From: Ylistrum balloti
Lineage: Eukaryota
Assembly (NCBI RefSeq): GCF_031769215.1
Contig: NW_026782093.1
Location: 186,001-250,000 of the forward strand
Direction of reading: 5' to 3'
DNA: 64,000 nucleotides
Positions 44,951-57,700 of this stretch are shown here, one piece after another. Both the position numbers and the translations under genes were made by a program. Each line of letters opens with the position of its first letter. The first letter of the stretch is position 1. The notes beneath the pieces are model-generated. The model was not told the DNA's origin. It made no database searches and was given only the letters and a program-made list of their open reading frames with translations.

Positions 44951-46150
44951 AGGGAGCGGGGGGCGGGGGGATCATCTCAGCCATCGTTTTGAATAAAGTT
45001 GTATTCGCTGCAATATAGAAACCTATTGAAATGCGAAAAAAGGACACTGCAATGGAATACAGAATTACAGGGAAGTGCTCCGATTGTTCGGAAGAACTCG
45101 ATATGTCCTTCCCTACGTCAAATGTTTGGAATTTCACTGTTGTCAAGTCGTTCAGTGGTTTTCGATGCTGTGTCGTGTAGGTTTGTATAAGTTGGTAGCT
45201 TTTGCTTTACCTCGGTACATATTATAATCATAAGGTTAAGTTTGTTATAACGTGACAGAAGGGTCATCTGAGCGTTTGAAATATGGATAAAATGTCTATC
45301 TTAATGATTAAGTTTTTGATTTAAAGACATCTGAAAGATAATATTTGATAATTTTTTTCCTTGATAGAACGTTAGATGTATAAAATTATAATGATATATT
45401 AATTGTTACATGTATATCATACCTCATTAAATTGTTGTTGTATGCCATTGTCTTAACATTTATATGTATATTGATTGGAGAGGGCGTGGATAATGTTGAT
45501 ATAACTTGTGCCCAATCCATTTGTCTCGTGTTTTTTTTGGCAATAAAATATGTTTAAACAAAAAAAATATATGAAGTTGGTTACATGAAATGTTATATAT
45601 GTCGTGACATCGGAAACAGAGAGGATCTCAAATATTCACAACAAATCCTGTGACTTTATCTTAAGATGTTGATAATAAGGATGGCTTCATTACAATCTAA
45701 AGATATTACACAATATACAGAATAAAAATGGGCGGTGATAAAAGTTTTATTTATTTATTTTTTTTTTCGGAGGAGGAGGGATGTCATACCACTATAGATC
45801 TCAACAAGCTTTGTCTTTTTTGTTGATGTGCAGATTCAGAAAAAAAATAGTTTTAAGTCCACTTTTGTTACATAGAACGGCCAGCAGATATGAGCAAGTT
45901 CTGAGTATTTGATAATAATGCGAATGAACCGATCAAACCTCAGCGAAAACATTTTTTTAAAAAAACGCAAAAGAAAAGTTCAACTGGACGATAAATATTT
46001 TGCATGCAAGTTGGTATGCTTAAATAATTACAGAGACGGTTTCAAATTATGTTGTTATCAGGTAAAAAAGGAAATTATAAAATACGAATCCGAAAAAAAT
46101 CGGGTTCTTTGGAGTGTCTTGGTCATCCTTTCCCAGCATCATTCCTGTTA

Positions 46151-46250
46151 CGGTTTTAAAAGCCAACAAAGCTTGCCAATCACCAACATACTGCGACCAA
46201 GATTTTCTGTTATACGACAACCAAACTGATTCAAATGTCAGCTGGCCAGT
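46151..46250 (-). pseudogene. Inverted, degenerate remnant resembling SLC16 exon 2
   Basis: Minus strand NQFGCRITENLGRSMLVIGKLCWLLKP aligns without gaps to NRFGCRKTTILGIMIASSGLFLSTFSP of the intact gene (10/27 identical). Stops on both sides. Confidence 0.55.
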
Positions 46251-46471
46251 TACAGTAATGTTTGGAATTTATCGATAATTATGGCAGAAAATGCAATTAC
46301 TAAAAATATCAAGCAAAGCTGAAATTGATATGAAATTACTTGTGAAGACACACTGTAAACAGTACGTTTGTATTGAAATAATGTAATATTCCTGCAGTTT
46401 CCGACTGACGTTTTGGTGGTTGAACCTGATAACCTGATGATGGCCGTTAGACATATTTTATTTGTTTGTAG

Positions 46472-47481
46472 GATCATATGTTTCGTTGAAGTCGATAATT
46501 TTGATAGAATTTAAGGAAATTCCAGAACTCCCGGCATCATATGGTTTACTCCGTATGTTCTGTGGGATTTCTGCCTTGCTTGGATCACCTATAGCAAGTA
46601 ATAACTGGTAAACACATTTAAATATAATGCATATCTACCAGGTTTCTTTTGTTGGAAGAAATGCTGATTAGGTCCGTTCCTTACACAAAAAGAGTTTCGT
46701 CCCCTTGTTTAGTGAAAAGCAATTAGGTTGCATACGTCCTGTTAAAAAATGGAAAAGTAAACAGATGAATTGAACATAATAACACAAAACACACAAGCGA
46801 ATATTATCTCTCATTACAAAGACCCAATTAAATGATTCAACTGCAAAATGTTGCTTTCCAATCTGTTTAGGGCATATCAGTGAAGCTTAATGCCTCAATT
46901 TTGAAACTTTTGAGGCGACGAAAAAAACTCAAAATTGATCGGAAGAAATGACAGTATCTGAATAGGAGATGCTCTTGCACCATAGATTCATAATTGTGAC
47001 AATTCTCACATGTCTGATTGATTTCAAAAGACCGTGAAGTACTTGTGACAAAGACAAATCCAGTTGACATCCAGTGCCTTTATCAACTGTCTCTGCTAGC
47101 AATATGATATCAGTCTAATCAATGTGCATGCCTGTATATTGATGATTGTGCGATACAATGTGTTCTTTTGATCCTTTTCCAATAAAACTTTTAATAGTAT
47201 TTGACATGATACATATTAAGCATGAAAGCTTGATAATTTTTCATAATTTCAGGTTCATGAAAAGCAAATTTTTTAACACCGGTACATCATCAAAGACAAG
47301 GAAGGTTGATGTTTGTAGTTTATGCTGTTAAACCATGTATGTTGTAGGTTTCCTCTCTGACCTGTCCGACGACTCAAGTTCAGTGTTCTACCTGGCTGGT
47401 GCTGCGATTGCACTTGGAGACATTCCATGTCTTCCTCTCCGACGAATTTCGCGATGGGAGATATGCAAGCAACACCAATAA
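46472..47481 (+). pseudogene. Orphan last two exons of a second SLC16/MCT paralog (46472-46597 and 47348-47481)
   Basis: Exon A: TTTGTAG acceptor, 126 nt (same length and phase as exon 5 of the intact gene), GSYVSLKSIILIEFKEIPELPASYGLLRMFCGISALLGSPIA, 19/42 identical. Exon B: TTGTAG acceptor, SFLSDLSDDSSSVFYLAGAAIALGDIPCLPLRRISRWEICKQHQ*, 18/39 identical. Exons 1, 3 and 4 were not found upstream. Confidence 0.85.
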
Positions 47482-47954
47482 ACACATGACTCCATTGGCA
47501 CAGTAGACACAGATATGTAATAAACTTCTGGCATCAATTTTATCGTATAGATATTAATGAAAAATACACGTAACAGGCGTGAGTCAGGTGTTACTTTGTC
47601 CATCTGTTTATATAATATTTTATCACTTTTAAAACCAAAACGACTAACTGGTTCATTCAAAAATATTGAAATAAATTATAATGCCACTAAACAACATGTA
47701 TACCTTTCACTTAACAGACTATGCATGATTGAATTTCTTGTGACAGTGAATTGTATGTTGAAATAAGTAGTGTAAGTACGTATGTATTGGTTACATCTAA
47801 CGTAGTGTATAAACACATGATCTCAACGATTTGTGTTGTCTTTTCTTTGACCTTCATGCTTACACTTAAACATGGATTCGCTGAGATTTTCGATTAAAAA
47901 TACGTGTTCTATAATGAAATTAACGACCTTAGCATTCGCTATGAACGTTACTTG

Positions 47955-48020
47955 TGGTAGCGCAGTAGTTAAACTCCCTGTTTTATGAAAGATGAAAGGG
48001 TCAAGTGTTCGAATCCTCAT
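47955..48020 (+). other. tRNA-derived Pol III promoter remnant (SINE head or tRNA pseudogene)
   Basis: A-box-like TAGCGCAGTAG (47958-47968) and B-box GTTCGAATCC (48007-48016) at tRNA-like spacing. I could not fold a cloverleaf. Confidence 0.5.
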
Positions 48021-49059
48021 TCACTAGTCCTAGCTAAATAGGTTCCTTAAATAAAACGTTGATCATTTCACATTTTCTTCGGTTACTTTACATATCCGTC
48101 AATGTTATTGATTCTGACTAATCATTTTTAATGTTTACTATATATATTTGACAATGATTTTTAAACTTCGACACAAGTGAGTTTTTGACCGTTAATATCT
48201 TGCTTCGTATTCTTACATTTCGATTGCCCGCATACAGATCAATAATTCTTATTGATGTCTTCATTAAAAAAAAAAATTCGATGTGATGCCAAAAAAAAAA
48301 AAAAAAAAAATGTCTGTGCTTCGAATTTTATTTTTTGTTGTTGTTTCTTACTGATGTACTAGACAATTGTTTTTAAAACTAATAAATCGAACCACCCATA
48401 GGCAAGACAGCAAGAGAAGACAATTTGTACTTCAGAGTTTCGAGAGATGCAGGTGATGAAGATTATGAAAAAGATTAACTGTCGTCATAGTGAGAAATGT
48501 GCTATTTCTTTGTGTGATATGAAGCTAGAGGAGTTTAATGCTCGTTGGTTTGCCTGTTGTTTCCGTTGTTGCATATCATGTGCTCATTTGGGAACGTGAC
48601 ATTACTTATCGGGATTGACCAGGATTTATATTGTTGATGTCGTCGATGAAGCAGAAGACGCTTACTCTCCCAGAACACATGGTCTTGTTCTTCCAGTACA
48701 TTCTCGGGAGTCTCCGTACTGGAATTGTGCGTAAAAGGATCACAAAACGAAACTTAAAAGTCTGAACATTAAAAAATTTCAAACAATGCCAATGATCATT
48801 TTCGATATGTATCTGCAGGAATTTGCTTAAAGGCATCTCGAAACTTAAAACAAAATCAGTTCAGTGGGTTAGATTATTGAAGTCGCGGTGATGATTGGGA
48901 CCCCTTTAGCAGGTAATGACTTCTAATTCTAGAAGGCCTTAGACACGAACATCTCGGCCTCTGTTTCTTATTGCGTGGTATTGATAATGTGAATTAATGC
49001 TGAAATATATTCCTGGGTATTATATGATCTAAGTGTCTGCCTAAAGGTCCGCTAGAAGA

Positions 49060-49560
49060 ACGGAAGGCCATAATAGTAGACGAAAAATCCGTCAAATATA
49101 TAGATATATACATACTTTGGGTATAGAGAGATTTCATACTGGACATTGGACAAAAACCAAACGTGAGAGTTACATTTACGGTAAATCTAACGTGTACTCG
49201 AGAAAAGATGAAATTAAGCGCCACCGTTACTTAATCTCAAGTAATGTAATGAATTACATGACGCACGTTTATAGTTACGTCAATATCCAGATGACGTCTT
49301 GCCGTGTTCAGTGAAATTTGATCTATCTCTGTTTATCGAGGTGGAGCCGGAAGAAATCGCTCTGATCCACGAGAGTCAGAAATCGACACATCCTCAAGCC
49401 ATCTCTAAACAGTTTAGTTTTATTATTATTTAGGAAGAAGTTGCAAGATAATTTTCCATTATTGTCCATGTTTGATTGACGAAGATTTACATGGCAGGTG
49501 TCGTCGATAAAGAAGAAGACGCATACTAGTCCGCGACACCAGGTCTTATTCTTCTTGTGC
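49060..49560 (+). mobile_element. Highly degenerate Penelope-like 3' remnant
   Basis: KSVKYIDIY and GKSNVYSRKDE...LISSNV resemble SYLDL / LYDKRDDF...LSSNI. Terminal motif GCAGGTGTCG...AGAAGACGC at about 49495; a further solo terminus at about 48640-48690. Confidence 0.5.
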
Positions 49561-50112
49561 TTTTTCCAAGAGTCTTCGTGTAAATCTTCGATAAGCCTAA
49601 AATACTAGGGTTAATTATTTCTTTTGACAGAATGTTCTGTGCATATTATATAATTCAGTTTAAACTATTTTTAGTACTTCCGACTACTATCTGAGGTAGT
49701 ACATATTCCTCTATATACATTGTGTTATCTTCAACTAACCGTACATGTTATTCCGATATTGTATCATGGCATCATAAAAAATCATGTTTTGTATATCAAA
49801 ATTAATTTTTTGTGATACGTGATACAATGTTTATATGACCATTGATCGAATATGCATTTTATTCTGTTGAACGTGCTCATACTCAAATCAAACACTTCCG
49901 GTGCATATCATGAATGTGCTATACAGACCAAAACTGTAGACAACCCGAAACGATGGGGAAAGCTTTTATCACAGGTCGAAAATTGCAAGGTTGATTTAAT
50001 TGTAAAAAGGAAAATTGTTCATTAAATATTTCCCTGTAGTAACAAAACGATCGTGTAAAAGCGGAGTAGTAACCTGTCTAATACAAAAGAAGAATTAAAA
50101 GTAAAAACAACA

Positions 50113-50420
50113 ATTACAATACCAAAACAAAGAATCTTTTTGGCTCACCTGGACCGAAGGGCCAAGAGTGCTTTACAATACCAAAACAAAGAATCTTTTT
50201 AGCTCACCTGGACCGAAGGACCAAGGGTGCTTTACGGAAACCGCGGCATTCATCGTCCGTCAACTTTTTCTAAAAATCGCTACTAGGCATGACCGACCCA
50301 GCAAATTTTGCCCAACTTTGGTCTGAAGCATCCATATGAGAAGCACGAAGGGTCGCGGCCCAAAAGGGGAAAAATCCTGCTTGCGTAGGAATAATTGGAT
50401 TTTGCCCAAGGTGGGGTTTC
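50113..50420. mobile_element. HINE-like element with a duplicated terminus
   Basis: TTACAATACCAAAACAAAGAATCTTTTT(G/A)GCTCACCTGGACCGAAGG(G/A)CCAAG occurs twice in tandem (about 59-bp spacing), followed by CATCGTCCGTCAAC...AAATCGCTACT. Confidence 0.65.
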
Positions 50421-51009
50421 AAAATGGCATAAGAAGCAAATACAACGGCTTGTATGAGCTATAAGGTAGCCTCTGTAGTCATTTGTTTATAAATAGACAT
50501 TTAAGTCCAAACATGTACCTACGCAAGATTATAACGCCCTTTTTGTGCCAAGAATGAAAATTTAAAAAAAGATATGGTTTGAACGAAAATGCTACAACAT
50601 TATTTCTCTTTTTTTTTCAAAAAGAAAATCAAACATGAACATGCCGATAATAACATGTTAGATATCAGTTATTCAAAGCAAGAAGTCGCAATTTTGAATA
50701 CATTGGGGACAGGAAATAAATATGATGGAGTTTGAGAAAGAACATTTCATTAGTACTAAGAAACTGTCAAAAATTAAATGTTCTTACAACTGCTTAATCA
50801 ATATTCTAACAAGAATGCTTAATTTTAAAGTAAAGTTGGTTACACATTAAACCACTGAATCTAGAATCAAATAAGGTTTCTTCATCCTAGCATCTAATTG
50901 GCCATATCGCTGTTGGTCTACATCGTACACTATTTATAGCTCATACAGTAATGTAGTTCTAATTGTCCAATTCGATCATACATAAGACCTTGGAGATGGG
51001 ATGACGGTT

Positions 51010-52100
51010 GGTAGCGAAATTTGCGTTACTTGAGGTTTGCCTTGATCCTTTTGACTTTTGGATGCAAACCCTTACTTGCTCCCGAATGCATGTAATACCC
51101 TACATAGTACAGGATACTGGCTACGTGGGCACATGTCCCCATGGTTCTCTGTCCAGTAGGACACTGGCAATAATAATCCTGTACGGGACTAATGGCTGCG
51201 TCGGAACTTTTATGCTGGATCCAAACTCGTGCTTTACACTGCTCTTATGCCTTGAGTGGATCTGGCATCGTACACTGTCTCGTTAGACTCGATAGATCAA
51301 GATCTCGTAATCACCATCATCACTGAGGTGCTTACTTATGTAACTAGCTGCCAATGATATTTGATGTGTGCCACAGGATATTTTCTGAAGGTATTATATG
51401 TCTAAATTTAGAAAGTCAAAATTATTCGCAGTAGAAGCTAGTTGGACAAAGAGTGACATGGCCCTTCTGAAAAGATCTGGCGCCGTTTTACACGGTCAGC
51501 TAAGTTTTGGCAGTAAGCGCCCTATCTTTTGCGTCTCTCTCTGTTCTAACATATATGGGTCCTTGGATTCCATTGAGGCAGGCTGTTATTATTGACATCA
51601 ATGAAAATGTTGAAGAAAAGTTGTGTTTTGAAAAACAGCCATTGCTTGAAACGTGCGTGCTATGACTTCACTACCTATTTGAATTTAGTTATGGATCTAA
51701 CAAGGTTAGCTTGTAGGTCGTCATGTTGAGCCTGCACAGATTTTAGATAAGACGGCATATTTGTTGTCGAACCTTGTGATTCCAAATCTGGCAAAGCATC
51801 CCGAACAAAACCCTCAATTAACAACGACGTTGTCATATTTTTCCAGCCAGGAGAGACTATCCATGATGGCTTTGTAATATTCGCATCATTATAGCTCCGA
51901 GGAAAAGGTCCAGCTGAGTCCAGAATGTAACAATCAGACAGGGCTATGCTCATTAACTTCAACTTGAAGCGTGTGATCAGAACTCTTAAGATAAAGATAT
52001 ATGTACCGTCAAGTATGACAGTCACCCACTGACCGAGAACTGCTTCTGAGAACACAAAGTTGTGCTTCAGAATATTTTCTCCAAGGAACAAAGGAAAAAT
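51010..52100 (-). mobile_element. Dead PIF/Harbinger/ISL2EU-type DDE transposase with C-terminal SWIM zinc finger
   Basis: Minus strand: VILDGTYIFI, YNDANIT, RDALPDLE...MPSYLK, K*VVKS* (for RWVVES), LAASYISKHLSDDGDYEIL, IHSRHKSS, then after a frameshift YYCQCPTGQRTMGTCAHVASILYYVGY (SWIM CxC...CxH at 51125-51169). Confidence 0.85.
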
Positions 52101-54500
52101 GGTTATGTCTAATGCTTTTACTATGTAATGAAATATTTTCGATAAACTGGAAAAATGTTAAAAAGAGTTGAACACTGTTTCCGTGTTAAGTCCGTCTTCA
52201 TTTTTTCCCATAACAAGCATCAACGTGGTCAGGAGTGTAAATACCAGTGCCAATAGAGGATAAACAATAAGAAAGTGTTTTTTAGATACTGTGTTCTAAT
52301 CCAACCTATCAAGGATTACAATCTGCATCATCCAGAAACGCAGAGTAAAAGAAGACTCCTGCTTTGATAGCATATGTGATATCTCCAAAAGATCAATGAT
52401 GATTTCTTTTAATTTGGAAGGTAGCTGAAAATTAACAATTCTTTTTCATCAGTTGGGTTAACATCTTTCCCTTATGAAATGATATGAACAAACACGTGAG
52501 GACCAATTTTACTACATCTTGTGATGAAAGATGAGTTGATGTTTTAGCGAGCTTGTGCAACAAGGTCGAGTTTTGATTGAAACTTTATACAGAGTGTGCA
52601 TTTGCTTAAGAGGACATAAATCTGATCTTCTATGAATAATAGTGGGATGTTTCGTAATGTATCATCATCAACACCAACGTTTTGACCTTCACGCTGTGGC
52701 TTTCTTTTCGGATATTTCTTAAAACACTTTCATACCTACCGATATCGTTAGCATCAATAAAGTTATTACCATCTACTTTTAAACCATCAAACAAACAAAA
52801 ATTGTGCAGAAGTCTTACATTTCAAGCAGATTTCTTAGTTTTAATGTCTCTCCTATTTACAACTTTACTACCCGCACATACACATCTACATGTACCTTTC
52901 CTTGTTAAAACGGCACTGTTTTAGGTGTTTAAAGTCCTAATGACGAGGATAAACTCACCCATGAACTCCATGACTAGAAGAATCCGGGCTGAACCCCTGA
53001 AAGAGGGAATGGGACAGAATCATCTTCAAAGTTTACTCTATGTTTCTTTATCCCTCTAGTATATAAGGATTTTTGAATGCGATATGAAGTTTGATGCGTG
53101 GAATAAGATATCTCTATTTTGTATATCATTACAGTTATAACAACCATGTAATAGAACATTAATACTTAGAGACTCAGACATCCAGAAAATAATGTGAAGC
53201 AGTTAAGAAAGATTGGTTGCATTCGCACATTGAATAATTCAAATAAGTGATTAAAACGATCATAGTTAAGATTATTGGAATTCTTTCAAAGTTGGTATAG
53301 TATAATGTTCAAATCACAATTGATAGATATATTAAGAAATAACATTTGTTGTAGACGTTGTACTTGATTTTTATTAAGTAGTCTTTGTAACTATGCAGTT
53401 GAATGTATGTTGTTAATATCTGGAGTGAATCCATTAAAGTCATTTAACATAGATAGGAAAAACCTACCAACGTAATGTATTATACGGTAAGAGGGGGACC
53501 AAATAATCTGCTAGAACGGAGAAGGTGTCTATCTTAACTTTCATCATGAACATATTGTTAAATTGTATCTCTTAAATAATCTGGGGTTTCATTGTTCATT
53601 ATTTTATACATAATGAAAAGCTTATGTTTATACCTCCTGCAACTCAATGTCTCCCATCCTAATTCCTTGAATACTTTTTTCATATACTCAATAACCCATT
53701 ATGCGAGAATTTAAAGTCATTTCTAGATCACTGTTTGCGAAATAATGTATTTGTGGACTTCAATATCGGTAACCGAATAAGCTTGGATGTCATCAAGAAG
53801 TAGTTATATACAAATAGTCACGAGGGAATTGAATTCGCGATTAGCTCAAATTGTAAAATTAACGCGAACATATATCCTGTGCGAAATACAAATGATTTGC
53901 AGGATGAAATTCACGTAATCTCTTAGTGACTACACTTAAAATTTGTTTTCACTATTAGTTTTAAGAAGTAAAAGTTGGTATCCAAATAACAAATTCTTCG
54001 TTAAACTGATGACATATTATCTAATTCGTGAGTTATATAATCTATGAAATATACAAAATTTTTATCATCAGCTGTTGCATAGATTTAAAATGATATTTTA
54101 ATTCGTAATAAAATATGCACGTACATAATAGTTCATTGACACATCGGAGAAATATATATCTTAACAATCAATAAAACTCGAGTACATCTATATGTATAGT
54201 TAATATGTATGCAATGATATTTCAAATTTAATTCGTAACCATTGAGGTGTAGTGTAACGTTGGAATAAAATTTCATACGGGTAGTTAACATCATAATACA
54301 TAATTTTAGTGTATCCTTCATACGTAATAGTCTAGTTTGCTTTATGAAGGATCAATTTAATAGTCATTCTATCCTAAAATATCTAGAGAGTTTAACTACA
54401 TTTACAGTGGTCACCGACGCTCTCTTAATGTGTCGGTCCTCCTTTGAACAGATTTCGCTACCTTGCAGCATGACGATTTGTCTTAGAACATGCAGTCGCA

Positions 54501-54720
54501 TATAAAACTTATGAAGTAGGATACTCCGAAAGGACCCTCAGACAAGTCTGAAATCGGACAAGTGGGGAGTGCAAAAAGGTTAACATCGATCTCGATAGTT
54601 TGGCAACATATATCGTACGAGTCAATCCGAGTTTACCAAGTCGAGGCCTTGCTGAAGGGCGGACAACAGACAGCAACATCGTAGACGACACCACTGTTCA
54701 CAAAAATGGAGACAAAACAG
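54501..54720 (+). promoter_or_regulatory. Candidate TATA box and first exon of the SLC16 gene
   Basis: TATAAAA at 54501-54507. AAAAATGG start at 54706 gives METKQ before CAG|GTAGTA (54721); this is in frame (phase 0) with EYT-MVQT of the exon starting at 58228. Confidence 0.35.
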
Positions 54721-57700
54721 GTAGTAATTATGCAACAGTTACTTGTATGTAGGATTTTGTTGTTTGAGTGGAAACACGTGTGTATGTCTGTGTGCATCGT
54801 TCGTTTATGTCATCCTGACTTCAACATTAAAATACATGGGTAAGCTGTGGACATGCGCGGCTGATTTTTAGTATTCTACAACGGACAGGAGCTCTTTATC
54901 GTGTGGGAACTTGTGCGTGAAGCCGTTTTAATAACCAAAGCTACTGGATACCGTGAACACACAGCATAAGTGCACATGTACTTGGCGATCAGTTATTTCT
55001 ATGATAATCATCACATGCTAGCTATAACACTACACATAATATCTAACTCGGCGATAGGATGGTAGTTAAAGCTTTGTTATTAACCGTTTGTGCGAGACTA
55101 TGCTACTTTTGTGTGCTAATTACCATTACATCATAGCGTATCGTCTTTCACACAGCACCGACATGACACATATAGCGTTTACGGGAAAGCGTTATAAATA
55201 TATTGTTGTAAGATTCGCATCTAGTAGAGTAATAGATGATTTCGTATATGTCGCCTTCTTTGAGCTACTCTTCATTTGTACATCGTTAATACTGATTCTT
55301 GGTTACCTTGTACTAAATCTAATGCCGATAAAATCCTAATGCTACCGGTCTGTCGCGTTAATCAGTGGTATAGCGATCAACTTCTGTCGCATAACGTAAA
55401 TAAATGTTTACATCACGAGACGATTTTACATGTCATTAGGATGACTCGATCCATATCTTTAAAAATTTTTAAATGATCGAAGCAAATGACTTTTTCATTG
55501 AAATTATTGGTCCGTGTGCGATCGACACAAATCAGTCGACTGTAACAAGCATAATTAATGTATGGTGGCTTACCCGGCACTTTGAGTTATAGTCTGTATT
55601 ACAATTGTCCATAGTGTATAATAATGGTGCCATCGGCATGGAAACTATAGCCCGTATCATAATTCTACCTATACTCTGTAGCATAATGCAGTAAGATCAC
55701 GAATTATTGAACACATGTTCGTGCCTTAATTTGCAAATTTGGACCATCGTAAAAACATTAATTCCTTCTTACATTGATACCCGTTGACATACTCAACTTT
55801 TGCAAGCTCATTTTTTTCAAAGCTTTGGTTCCCCGTCATGATATCGTATATGTGACAGTGTTTAATAATGTTACAACATCTCTCCTGAAAATTACACCGA
55901 TAACTCTATCTTTACTTGTATCCGATCGTCCATGTATATAGAAAATTATTTGAGTTTCATTTCCATGTTTGCAACAAATTCTATTCAAGGTACATAATAC
56001 AAGCAGTTTGTTCAAATAAGTGTTTGTTCTACGTGTAGTGAATATTGTATGCCATATTTCAAATGATCTTCCGAAATTGTATCATATTATAGCTGTTAAA
56101 GAATACAACAACTATGCAAGTCTTGTAGTATTAGAGAATGGAAGGTGATTTTCGGTCTCTTAAAATTGCTGACTGATAAATTCTCACCAACATATGTAAC
56201 ATTAAGAAAAATGTTAAAAACTAAAGGAAAACATCGTTCCAAACGAAGAATATCAAATATAAGCATCTCCATCATCTGTGTTATATTTCAAAAGTGTTCA
56301 ATTTTTAAAAATATTTTTGTATATATCTTGAGTAAAATTGAAATAGACTAGTATTGGAGATATGCTCCACCTACACACCTATAGCTAGTCACACATATGA
56401 TTGCCTGTCAACTCATTGTTGTCTATTTGCATTGCCACTGCATCACACCATATTTATTGAACTTTTTGACGCATGGTTGTCTATGCCCCACCTTGTTAGC
56501 GAAGCATATCATTGTCAACACATACTGACGACGGTGCTCATGCATTAGGCGACTGTGATGTTGTTGACCACGGCCTGTCCCAGCAAGGCACTCTACCTAT
56601 GTTGACTAACATATTAATTTGTTTAAATATATTACTTCATAGCCAGATGGTAACTTATTTCCATAATTTCTATTGTCTTTGACTAGCTATCACACATTCC
56701 ATTTAAACTGTGTCAGCCATTTAAATAAAGGTGATATGTCCAAAATGTCAAAAAATACATTATTATTATAATTATTATGTGCCACTTGTGTGTCAGTCTG
56801 TTCACAATATACGCTTGTGTTAGGGGAACGTAACATCGAGTTCCGTCATTGCTTTACACGGTAAGTGTGATTTTATTTACATAAAGTTATTGTTGTTGAT
56901 TTGAATATTAATTCATGTAAATCATTGCGATTGTGTAAACACAAGTGTCTCGATTATTTTGTTTGTGGTTTAAAGGGAGTTTTGGATACAGTAATAGCAC
57001 GTACATGTAATACAGGCGATGTGCAGACCTTGTGCCGAGGTGAAACAGACCATCGTACAAACGACGAAAAATTATCTTAATAGAACTTTTCGATGAAAAT
57101 GAGAATTATCTACAGTAGAGTCAAGTAATGAAACACTCTTGTTGACGAAAACGTTTATACAAAAAAGTAAGATACGTGTTCGCTGTTCGCTTTCATTCTA
57201 CAAAGGCTACAGAACGTTACAGCATTCTGAAGGGATTTCATTTCTCAAAATAAGATCCAACATATGATCAAGACTATATCAATTAGAAAACCGGACGGAT
57301 GGTTGAGCATAAAAACCTAAAAAAAAACATAGTCTTCCCACTGTCTTCCGAGACATAAGTGAGATTTGTTGTTTTTATTGGGCAACATTTGCGAGATAAT
57401 CTTGTGTTGGAGAACAAACAATGTTAGTTGAATATCTAACACAGTAACATCTCTGAAACAGGAATCCGGATGTAATTAATAATATTTCTGAAACAGGAAC
57501 CCGGATGTAATTAATAAACAAGATGGAGGACGCATTTATCATATCTGAACAATACTTAATCCTTCTATACATTTGAGTACAAGAAAAGTAATGTTTGTAG
57601 AAAGATTGAACCTCCACAGAACTTCTATGAATCATCTACATGAAATTAGACAAATTGAGAAATTGGACAGTTTAACAGGTAGAACGAGAAAGCGATAACA

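Noticed and set aside
34493-44951. Repetitive ORFs at 34493-34998, 38326-38724, 43028-43294 and 44533-44951
   Set aside because: Each coincides with a tandem array.
44913-45190. Hydrophobic short ORFs as missing SLC16 exon 1 or 3
   Set aside because: No DGGWGW or YFxKRR signature in any frame I read.
46101-46278. Plus-strand GFFGV...VMFGIY as SLC16 exon 4
   Set aside because: Wrong length, no usable splice sites, and only the ends resemble exon 4. The minus-strand exon-2 match is stronger.
48266-48310. Poly(A) runs here, and poly(T) runs at about 13050, 59760 and 63660
   Set aside because: No adjacent retrocopy or target duplication identified.
57452-57517. Two-copy ~36-bp direct repeat (TCTGAAACAGGAA.CCGGATGTAATTAATAA)
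   Set aside because: A simple local duplication with no further structure.
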